DNA of 52,867 nt from Deltaproteobacteria bacterium (GTDB taxonomy: Bacteria > Desulfobacterota > Desulfarculia > Adiutricales > Adiutricaceae), in the NCBI GenBank assembly GCA_031263525.1, contig JAISFP010000457.1, positions 1 through 52,867 of the forward strand, written 5' to 3'. Below are positions 28,646 to 36,630 of this stretch, one piece after another. Made by a program: the position numbers and the translations under genes. Numbering within the stretch: position 1 is the first letter of the stretch; every line of letters starts with the position of its first letter. The notes under the pieces were generated by a model. That model did no database searches. It saw only the letters and a list, made by a program, of their open reading frames with translations, and was not told where the DNA came from.

Positions 28646-29563
28646 ATGAGCGATGCCACGTCGTTTGCCCGTGAGGAAATTACGATGACGCACAAGGAAG
28701 AAAACTCAAAGGAAGATCAGGACAGATTTTCCGCCGCGCTGGAATGGTATTTTGCCGACAAGCCTTACGGGTCCAAGACCGAACTGTCGGTGCTTCTGGG
28801 AAAGTCTAAGGGCTTCGTTTCATCCGTGACCTCCAAGAACATCGTCAGTCCCGAATCCCGCCGACTTATCAGCGCAGGGCTGGGCATTCCCCTTGAGACA
28901 ATGCTCAAGGCAGGACAGGTAATTCTCGATGGCGGTGACCCGGGACCGAAGATGCCGGACTTTCCCCGTACAGACTGGCACGGAAACCCGCTTAAGCCCG
29001 GCGGACTGGCAACAACAAAAATGTGGACGCCCAAATCCGGTCCGCCACTGCCTAAGGGAGCCGAGAATTACATAGCGGCCGCATTGGACACCAAAATTTT
29101 CAAGGTTCCGATGACATACGTCATGCGCCTTGTGCCGGACGAGTCAGGCAACCTTGTCTTTCCCACGGACGCGTCCAGTTCGGACAGTCCGATATCGTTG
29201 TCTCAAGCAATGTTTCCAGGCATAGACCCAAAGAACATTCACGCAGTGAGAATGATGGAAACTTGCATGGAACCTCTTCTCCACAAGCATGACATTCTGA
29301 TCGTGGACACCTCACGAAAAAAGGGTTACGACATACTGCAAAAAGTGCTGTACATGGTGGAGAGCGAGCATGCCGGAGTTAAAATTGCCGTGCCAAGGTT
29401 TGTTTCTTTAGGGAAAGATGAATATCACACTCTAATATATGCATTGAATTCCCGGAGATGGTGGCCGATACGCGTTGACCTGCGCGAACTGGAAGTTATG
29501 GGCACAGTTATTATGAGCATATGGCCATTTCAAAATATGTCTAAACCAATTTTTCGAACATAA
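28646..29563 (+). CDS. CI/LexA-like transcriptional repressor: N-terminal HTH plus a C-terminal S24-peptidase-like domain with Cys in place of the nucleophilic Ser
   Basis: An HTH-like segment is present (SKTELSVLLGKSKGFVSSVTS...RLISAGLGIPLETML). The C-terminal region aligns by eye to the S24 pattern (VRMMETCMEPLLHKHDILIVD...VKIAV...VMGTVIMSIW versus the GDSMEP...GD.V.VD...K...V.G.V consensus). The more likely start is the ATG at 28685, which is preceded by TGAGGAA. Confidence 0.65.
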   Translation: MSDATSFAREEITMTHKEENSKEDQDRFSAALEWYFADKPYGSKTELSVLLGKSKGFVSSVTSKNIVSPESRRLISAGLGIPLETMLKAGQVILDGGDPGPKMPDFPRTDWHGNPLKPGGLATTKMWTPKSGPPLPKGAENYIAAALDTKIFKVPMTYVMRLVPDESGNLVFPTDASSSDSPISLSQAMFPGIDPKNIHAVRMMETCMEPLLHKHDILIVDTSRKKGYDILQKVLYMVESEHAGVKIAVPRFVSLGKDEYHTLIYALNSRRWWPIRVDLRELEVMGTVIMSIWPFQNMSKPIFRT

Positions 29564-29875
29564 TACAAAGGCAAAACTGTCTCGGACAAGAAAATTCACT
29601 CGTTATTGAGGAGTGTCTCATATCTGGCCTACTGCGATGTAAGTAACATTCTATCAAGAAAGACAGAAGGTACCTGAAAAAAAGATGAATTGTTATGCAT
29701 CGACGTTGGCTGAAGGGATTCGACTCCAAAGCTACTTGTAGTGCTGTTAATTGAATGTTGTAACTTATACAGATGAAAATTAAAATATCAATCTGCAATA
29801 ATTTAGAAATTTGATAAAATTGTCAATGGATTGTGAGAACATTTTTTTAAACATATTCAGGAATTCGGCGGAGGC

Positions 29876-30079
29876 ATGAATGAAAATTTCGAGGGTCAAG
29901 GTGACTGGGGTGACATACTGGTCAAAACAGAGCATAAGGCTAGAATGTCAATCTTCGATCTTCTTCGAGAATGGATCTATGATGAATTCCGAAGCAAAAA
30001 CTGTGAAAATACTCACTGGAAATATACAAACTCAAACGTTGAAAACGCATGGAATCTCAGAAAATTTGAAAATTTCTGA
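29876..30079 (+). CDS. Hypothetical small protein (67 aa), status uncertain
   Basis: This is an ORF in the AT-rich spacer whose translation has a protein-like composition. It overlaps an alternative-frame ORF (29880..30338) whose ATG has better spacing to the GGAGG at 29870-29874. No family was recognised. Confidence 0.2.
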   Translation: MNENFEGQGDWGDILVKTEHKARMSIFDLLREWIYDEFRSKNCENTHWKYTNSNVENAWNLRKFENF

Positions 30080-30188
30080 CATTCTTTCAAACAGAAGATC
30101 TCGTCGGAAAGATCAGGTGACAGATCTAGAAAGGGCCGACCACGCAGAGCATAGGGGACTTTCCGAGCAGGAAATGAAATGGCCAACT

Positions 30189-30200
30189 GGGGGGGGGGGG
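30189..30200. other. Homopolymeric G12 tract
   Basis: Counted directly (ctgg gggggggggg c). It lies inside ORF 29880..30338 in an otherwise AT-rich region. Confidence 0.9.
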
Positions 30201-30297
30201 CGAGTCACAAACCACGATCCAGAAGCACTTGCGGATGAATCTGGCTATGTCATTGATATCAAAGGGCGTGACACCGAAAAAGTAGGACGGTACGCCG

Positions 30298-30600
30298 GTG
30301 AATCGAGAAGGGTTCAACGAGGCTATAGACGAGGTTAAGAAGCAATTCTTCAAACTGGACGTCTGCCTGGGAAGCTGTGAGGTGTGTCTGGAGCTTTACC
30401 TGGACGTCCTGTTGCGCCAGGAGGACAACGGGGAGCACCCGGACAGAAAGGAACACGAAGAAGAAAAAGAAGACGAGAAGAAAAGGGAGAAGGAGAAGGA
30501 GAAGGAGAAGGATGAGGAGGACGGGGAGAAGGAGAAGGAGAAGGATGAGGAGGACGGGGAGAAGGTGAAGAAGGGGAGGAGGTGGACGGGGAGAAGGTGA
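30298..30600 (+). CDS. Hypothetical protein with a Glu/Lys-rich repetitive tail, status uncertain
   Basis: GTG-initiated ORF. The tail is encoded by tandem repeats (GAGAAGGAGAAGGAGAAGGATGAGGAGGACGGG x2, then GGGGAGAAGGTGAAGAAGGGGAGGAG x2). No family was recognised. Confidence 0.2.
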   Translation: MNREGFNEAIDEVKKQFFKLDVCLGSCEVCLELYLDVLLRQEDNGEHPDRKEHEEEKEDEKKREKEKEKEKDEEDGEKEKEKDEEDGEKVKKGRRWTGRR

Positions 30601-30803
30601 AGAAGGGGAGGAGAAGGACAAGCACTCCGGGCCGGAGTCTACAGGGGAAACGAAAGAAGCCCAATGGCCCGAGGATCGGTAACGGCAAGCTACCGCGACA
30701 TGATCAACTGAACTGACACGCTACCTGTGACGAGGGGCAGGCGAACATCACGGAAGAGTCCCGGGAATACCTCATGCGTGTCGGTTCGGAAGAAAGGCGA
30801 ACC

Positions 30804-33437
30804 TCAGCGGGCATCCCCGGTCTTCTTGGACGCAAGGTGTATTCTGAGAGGAGGAGGAGCGCTAACCGTGGCCAAGGCCTTGAACCGGTCCATTATGTCG
30901 ATGTCCATGGACTGCCGGTAGAGCGTGATGCCGTGCTCCTCCAGGGAACGGTCAATCTTGATCAGCAGTTCCGAAAGGATGGCCACTGTCTTCGACACGG
31001 GAGAGACAGTCACGAAGAGGTTGAACTCCAAGTAATTTTCGTTCAGGTCCTCGAGCACCGCCTCGGGAGGGGGGCTGGTCTCGATACCTTCCACGCCCTC
31101 ACACGCGTCACTGATGAGCTTCAGGGCGTAGGAGATGTCGGTCCCGTAGAAGACCCGAATGACAAGTGTGCGAAGGAGCCTGTTCGGCTGTTCCTCGGTG
31201 GACCAGTTGGTGAATTCGTTGGAGACCATGGCCGAGTTGGGTATGAACACAACAGTCCCGCCAAGGGTGATCACCTCGGTACAGCGAAAGTCAACTTTCC
31301 TCACGGTGCCGGAAATCTTTCCAACCTCCACGAAATCGCCCGCCTTAACGGAGCGACCGAAAATGAGGATGATGCCACTCGCCATGTTGTTGGCAAGCGT
31401 CTGAAGACCGAAGCCTATCGCCGCGCCCAAGCCGGCTGCAGCTGCGGCAAGGCTAGTCCAGTTCACGCCCAGAAGTCCGAGCGCTATCAGGACGAAAGCC
31501 GTCCATACTATGTAGGTGAGGATCGTCCGAATGGACATCCTCTGCATCTGGTTGAGCTCCAGCTCTTCAGGCAGGTGTTCGAGAGAGGTGTTTCCGAACT
31601 TCCTGAGTGATCTGAACAGGAAAAAGCAGGCCAGGATAATGAACACCTTGGTGAGGCTAACCGAGGCCTCCCCTATGTTGAGTCCGGCGGTCAGGAAAGT
31701 CAGGAACATTGAGTCCAGGCCGGGTATCGCTACAATCCACGGAACGGTCAGAACCAGGGAAAGCGACCAGGAGGCAGGAACAAGAAACGCGTTCAGAACG
31801 GAGTACTTGACCGGATTCCTTTCCGAATGATAAATGCTGTCGCAGAGGATGGTCCCGAGCATCGCGAACGAGTTGCCAAGGATCAGCACGTTAACGAGGG
31901 TAAAGAGAACCATGAAGGAGAGGATGGCGATCCTGGGGTATCCGACCACGGTCATGACGAGAGAAATCAGAGCGAAATAGAAGGCTGAACCGTAAGCGAA
32001 ACGCTCGAGCAGATGTCCCCGCAACTCCTCGTGCATTCTCGAGCGTCTCGTCAGGGTGCGCAGATAGCTGAGGAAGAAAAGCAGGACGCCGAACCAGAGG
32101 ATTGCGAGAGCTCCTGTCGGAATGTCGACGAAGAGGAAGAGAGCTCCCAGAACAGCAGGGGCGAAGAACCTGGTCAGGGGAGATGTCTGAATCGCAAGGT
32201 CAGGTTTGGCGGCAAGCCTGAGTTTCCAGCTGATCCTGGCAAGTCCCCATATGAGCGTCAGTATACCGGGGATGAAGAAGAAAAGAAATTTTCTGCCGTC
32301 CTGATTATGAAAGCCGTTGGACAGCGCGAACCCTACATTGACGTAGATCCAGGGACCTTTCACGATCCGAAGCACCGCGTTCTTCCAGTTGTCAAATTTG
32401 TCAGGCAGGTACCGCGAACCGCGATACAGCAGGATTCCTATCAGGGCGACGATTCCGGCAGTCATGAAGAACCTTGTCACGCATGATGTCCAGTCCTCCC
32501 TGATCTGGGGATAGAGATACTGCTTTTTGGCATAAAACAGTTCCTTCCATTTGGAGACGTAGCCGTTTTCTCCGGTCAGCTCGGGAATGTCAAAAGATGT
32601 CAGCCTGCTTTCCGTCAAGTAGTACGCTTTCCAGTTGCCGGGGATCATGTCCTCGAAAAGGCCGATGCTGGCGTCAAGGACGTTTATCAGCGCGATGGCA
32701 TCGTTCATTCTTGTCGATGCCGAATCATAGACCATCTGGGCCCTGGACCGGTATGAAAGCATCTCGGAAACGTCTGACTCTTGAGAGTCATGACCGGCGA
32801 ACGCCTCGTCGAAAAACTGCAGATCCGCCCTGAACTCCTCTGTCATGGAGTCCAGGTTTTTCAAGTTGCGGGCGAGAAAGTCCCTCTCCTTGCGCAACAT
32901 TATGAGTATGTCACCCTCCACGTGGGGGCTGGAGGCAAGCGCATGGAATTCTCGTCTGAGAGTGTCAGTCTCGGATTTCGTAGCCTTGGTAAGCTTGACA
33001 AAATTTTTGAGCTCAGAAGCGAGCCTGTCAGCATGGCCGTTCATGGTCAGGGCAAGATCCGGAAGTTCCATCCGATCGCCGGAAAGGTACGGGTCGGCAG
33101 GACGACCGTGCATCCCCGTGATGTCCTGTCTCTCCTGTCCATTCTGAACGTCCTGGGCGTCCTGGACATCGGACATGGAACCTGCTGCCCCTGACCGACT
33201 GACATCATCGGCCGCGACAGTAAGCCCTGGGTCTTCTGAAGCGTCGCGAATGCCGTCGTCCGGCCGACCTGATAAAACCGGCGGCCTGAAGGCCTGACCG
33301 TCGGGCAGTGATTCAGGCGGGGAAACGTCCTGGGCTCCAGCCGCGGTCAAGGCAGATGAAAACACGACAGCGGAAAAAAAGAGAAGTGAGGCCAGGATGC
33401 CGACCGCTTTCATATTGAGGGCAGGAGGGGATTTCAT
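30804..33437 (-). CDS. Giant MscS-family mechanosensitive channel, MscK/MscM-like (paralog A, 877 aa)
   Basis: It has a signal-peptide-like N-terminus (MKAVGILASLLFFSAVVFSSALTAAGA), a low-complexity linker and a helical periplasmic region. About 10-11 hydrophobic segments follow. The C-terminal MscS core is present (AAAAGLGAAIGFGLQTLANNMASGIILIFGRSVKAGDFVEVGKISGTVRKV...VVFIPNS). Confidence 0.9.
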   Translation of the reverse strand: MKSPPALNMKAVGILASLLFFSAVVFSSALTAAGAQDVSPPESLPDGQAFRPPVLSGRPDDGIRDASEDPGLTVAADDVSRSGAAGSMSDVQDAQDVQNGQERQDITGMHGRPADPYLSGDRMELPDLALTMNGHADRLASELKNFVKLTKATKSETDTLRREFHALASSPHVEGDILIMLRKERDFLARNLKNLDSMTEEFRADLQFFDEAFAGHDSQESDVSEMLSYRSRAQMVYDSASTRMNDAIALINVLDASIGLFEDMIPGNWKAYYLTESRLTSFDIPELTGENGYVSKWKELFYAKKQYLYPQIREDWTSCVTRFFMTAGIVALIGILLYRGSRYLPDKFDNWKNAVLRIVKGPWIYVNVGFALSNGFHNQDGRKFLFFFIPGILTLIWGLARISWKLRLAAKPDLAIQTSPLTRFFAPAVLGALFLFVDIPTGALAILWFGVLLFFLSYLRTLTRRSRMHEELRGHLLERFAYGSAFYFALISLVMTVVGYPRIAILSFMVLFTLVNVLILGNSFAMLGTILCDSIYHSERNPVKYSVLNAFLVPASWSLSLVLTVPWIVAIPGLDSMFLTFLTAGLNIGEASVSLTKVFIILACFFLFRSLRKFGNTSLEHLPEELELNQMQRMSIRTILTYIVWTAFVLIALGLLGVNWTSLAAAAAGLGAAIGFGLQTLANNMASGIILIFGRSVKAGDFVEVGKISGTVRKVDFRCTEVITLGGTVVFIPNSAMVSNEFTNWSTEEQPNRLLRTLVIRVFYGTDISYALKLISDACEGVEGIETSPPPEAVLEDLNENYLEFNLFVTVSPVSKTVAILSELLIKIDRSLEEHGITLYRQSMDIDIMDRFKALATVSAPPPLRIHLASKKTGDAR

Positions 33438-33588
33438 AAGGGCACCGAAGAGACAGACGAGTTGTCTGGGCTGGAAGCAAGAAAGGCGTTTAAGGACGGA
33501 CAGAGGAACAAACAGACAACCGGAGTAGGAGGAGAAGAGCGACAGAAGCGGCGAGCGAAAACGGACGGACCGGAGACGACTGTAAAGT

Positions 33589-33622
33589 GACCGGCTGTCC
33601 AGTCGAAGAAGGGCAGCCGGTC
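33589..33622 (-). promoter_or_regulatory. 9-bp-stem hairpin (GACCGGCTG...CAGCCGGTC) in the spacer between paralogs B and A
   Basis: Complementarity was read directly. On the minus strand only a weak T-stretch (TTTAC) follows, so terminator function is uncertain. Confidence 0.25.
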
Positions 33623-33801
33623 AAGTCACGTTTTCCGGGGAGTCTCGGGAAGGCCTCTCAAGATGGCAGGGAACACGAAAGTCCGGACAGGCCAGCGGTA
33701 TTGCCGTGTGCGGGGTGAACCGGACGGGAAAACTCGCAAGCCGGATACCGGACAGCTGAAGTTCATGGGCCGGCCCCTCCCGCGCAAGGCAGCCAGCCGT
33801 C

Positions 33802-36630
33802 CTACGACATTATGATCGGCCCGGTCTCCCCGCGGCCCCCGGCGCGGTCCTCCCCCGAACCTCCCTGGAGGACCTGCAGGGCTTTCGAGAGGTTTATCTC
33901 GAGCGACTGGCGGTACAGCTTGATGCCGTTCTGGAAGAACGACTCCTCGATCTTTACCCTCAGGTCCGAAAGGATGTAGGTTGTCCTGGAGATGGGGCGG
34001 ACAAAAACGAAAAGGTTGAACTCGAGATATTTCTCGTTCAGATCGTTAAGCACCGCCATTGGAGCCGGATCCTTCACCACGCCGTCAACGTCTTCGCTGA
34101 CTGCCTTAAGGAGCCTGAGGGCAAGCGCGATGTCGGTGCCGTAATAGGCCCTTATCACCAGCGTACGCTTGAGGATCTCGGCTTTGCCTTCCGTTGTCCA
34201 GTTGGTGAACTCGTTGGAAATGATTGCCGAGTTCGGAACGAAAACAATCGGGCCTCCCAGCGTCTTCACCTCGGTGCAACGGAAATCGACTTTCATGACG
34301 GTGCCGGAAACGTTTCCTACTTCTACGAAGTCACCAACCTTTACGGAACGTCCGAATATCAGGATTATCCCGCTTAAAATGTTATTAAAAATTGTCTGGA
34401 GCCCGAAACCGATTCCGGCACCCAGACCGGCGGCAGCGACTGCCAGGCTTGTCCAGTTGACGCCCAGAAGCCCCATCGCGATCACGGCGAAGGCGATCCA
34501 GACGAGGTATGTAAGAATGGTCTGAATTGACATCCTCTGGGCCTGGTTCAGTTCGAACTCCTCTGGCAGGTGCTCGAGCGATGTGCTTCCGAACCTGCGA
34601 AGGGATCTGAACAGGAAAAAACATCCCAGGATCATCAGCACCCTGGAAATGCTGAAGGAGGCCGAGCCAATGTTATGTCCTGCCGTAAGGAAGTTCATGA
34701 GAATCGAGGTCAGTCCCGGAATTGCAATTAGCCACGGGAGCGTGCAGAGGAGCGAGACTGACCAGGTGACGGGAAGTAGAAGCGCTATCAGAATGGAGTA
34801 TTTGACCGGATGGTTGTCCGAAGGAAAAACCCCGTTGCAGAAATTGGATCCGAGCTCGGCGAAAGCGTTGCCCAGAATAAGAATGTTCACGATCGTGAAG
34901 AACAGCATGAACACGAGCACGGCTAGCCTGGGGTAGCCTGCTACGTTAATGACGAGAGATATTACCGCGAAATACCCTGCCGAGCCGTAGGCGAAGCGCT
35001 CGAGCAGGTAGCCCTTCATAGCTTCGGTCACATCTGTGCGCTTTCCTCTTTTCCACAGCATGTACATGAAGAGAAACAGCATGGCAAACCAGAGGACAGA
35101 CAGCACCCCGGTAGGCACTTCCGCGTACAGGAAAAACACGCCGAAAACCGTTGGCGGGTAGAAACGCGTGAGCGGAGAATTCTGGCCTGCCAGAGTGGGC
35201 TTGGCCGCAATACGCAGCTTCCAGCTTGTCGCGGCGATTCCCCAGATGAGTATGACAACGCCAGGGACCAGGAAGAACAGGAAATTTACGCCCTGCTGGT
35301 TTCGCGAGGCGTTGCAGAGGGCCAGGCCAAGAGTCAGGTAGAGCCATGGACCCTTGACTATCCCCACAACTGCGGCTTTCCAGTTAACCGGCTCTACTGG
35401 GAAATAGCCGGCCCCGTGGTAAAGGATGATACCGAGAAGGGTAATGAGCCCGGCGGTCATGAAAAACCTGGTGATGCTCTGTTGCCAGGCTTCCCACGTC
35501 TGAGGGTAAAAGAGCCTGCCCTTTTCGACGATGTCTCTTTTCCATTCCGCGATGTAGCCGCCATCGCCTGTCAGCTTGGGAATTTCGAACGAAGTCAGGC
35601 TGCTGGTCTCCAGATAATATGCCCACCATCCGGCAGGTATCCTCTCCTCGAAGCGGCTGATGCGTTCTTCAAGGCTGCTTATCAGCTTTTGAGCCTCTGC
35701 GAGTTTTGCCGAAACGGTTTCAGATGTCCTTCTGAACAGAGGTATGCGGTCCGCCAGCAGTGTCTGGGCCCTGTCGACCGAGAGCGGTCCTCGCTCTGCC
35801 ATTGAATTTTCCAGTTCGTTCAGTCTCCTGCTGAAACCGTTGAACAAATCCTCCAGTGCCTTTTCCGACTGTGTCAAGGCATCGTGCTGTGCCCGCAGCT
35901 GACTCAGCCTGTTCTCCCGCTCGTGCGGCGTCACCCCTTTTCTCTGCTGGATTTCCCTTCTGAAATTTTGGCTGTTTTCGGCAGTGTCCCTGATAAGCTT
36001 TGTGAGTTTGCCTGACTCCTCACGCATTTGTGCTGAGAGCTCGTCAAGCCTGAGAAGAATTTCTGAAAGAGACAGGAGATCCGCCTCGTTTCCTGAAGAG
36101 ACGGCCTGAACGACGACCTCCTGACTTCCGGTTCCTTCCTGGGCCGGACTCGCCTCTCCGTTACCCCCGCCACTCGCTACCTGCGCACCTGTTCCGGGAG
36201 CGGCTCCCCCGTCCGTGTCTGCCGCGGCTGACCCCTCTCTGCCGGAGCCATCTTCAGTGCCGCTACCGGGTGCGGGACTCTCTGAGGAAGCCTGCACGGG
36301 TCCGGCATTTGCCGCACCGGAAGCCTGCAGCACGGAACTGTCGTCCCCGGAGGCGGAAGACTGCGCCGCGGCGCGGTCGTCCCCGGAGGAGAAAGCCTGC
36401 GCCGCGGCGCGGTCGTCAGGCGAAGCGGACACGGACGCGGAACCGAGGGAAAGGACGGCAATGATGGCGGCTGCGGCCAGCGAAGCGGAAAGAAGGGTTT
36501 TCATGAGGGTACCACAGGTAAGGAAGGTGTTGTTCGGAGCAGATTCGAGGTCTGCGGGCAGCATCTGGCCGGGACCCGCAGATAAACCGTCCCTCACGGG
36601 ATCGTGAAAGGAAAAGTTTAAGGATTTCAT
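33802..36630 (-). CDS. Giant MscS-family mechanosensitive channel, MscK/MscM-like (paralog B, 942 aa)
   Basis: It has the same architecture and core motifs as paralog A (AAAGLGAGIGFGLQTIFNNILSGIILIFGRSVKVGDFVEVGNVSGTVMKV...IVFVPNS). The ATG at 36630 overlaps the stop of paralog C (ATGA) and is preceded by AAGAGG. The signal-like segment MKTLLSASLAAAAIIAVL only starts at residue 43, so an alternative start is the ATG at 36504. Confidence 0.88.
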   Translation of the reverse strand: MKSLNFSFHDPVRDGLSAGPGQMLPADLESAPNNTFLTCGTLMKTLLSASLAAAAIIAVLSLGSASVSASPDDRAAAQAFSSGDDRAAAQSSASGDDSSVLQASGAANAGPVQASSESPAPGSGTEDGSGREGSAAADTDGGAAPGTGAQVASGGGNGEASPAQEGTGSQEVVVQAVSSGNEADLLSLSEILLRLDELSAQMREESGKLTKLIRDTAENSQNFRREIQQRKGVTPHERENRLSQLRAQHDALTQSEKALEDLFNGFSRRLNELENSMAERGPLSVDRAQTLLADRIPLFRRTSETVSAKLAEAQKLISSLEERISRFEERIPAGWWAYYLETSSLTSFEIPKLTGDGGYIAEWKRDIVEKGRLFYPQTWEAWQQSITRFFMTAGLITLLGIILYHGAGYFPVEPVNWKAAVVGIVKGPWLYLTLGLALCNASRNQQGVNFLFFLVPGVVILIWGIAATSWKLRIAAKPTLAGQNSPLTRFYPPTVFGVFFLYAEVPTGVLSVLWFAMLFLFMYMLWKRGKRTDVTEAMKGYLLERFAYGSAGYFAVISLVINVAGYPRLAVLVFMLFFTIVNILILGNAFAELGSNFCNGVFPSDNHPVKYSILIALLLPVTWSVSLLCTLPWLIAIPGLTSILMNFLTAGHNIGSASFSISRVLMILGCFFLFRSLRRFGSTSLEHLPEEFELNQAQRMSIQTILTYLVWIAFAVIAMGLLGVNWTSLAVAAAGLGAGIGFGLQTIFNNILSGIILIFGRSVKVGDFVEVGNVSGTVMKVDFRCTEVKTLGGPIVFVPNSAIISNEFTNWTTEGKAEILKRTLVIRAYYGTDIALALRLLKAVSEDVDGVVKDPAPMAVLNDLNEKYLEFNLFVFVRPISRTTYILSDLRVKIEESFFQNGIKLYRQSLEINLSKALQVLQGGSGEDRAGGRGETGPIIMS

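Noticed and set aside
29880-30338. A 152-aa ORF with good SD spacing that contains the G12 tract.
   Set aside because: This is not firmly rejected, but it is not called as a feature. It overlaps two other candidate ORFs in other frames, has no recognisable family, and its integrity depends on the exact length of a homopolymer. It is discussed in the findings instead.
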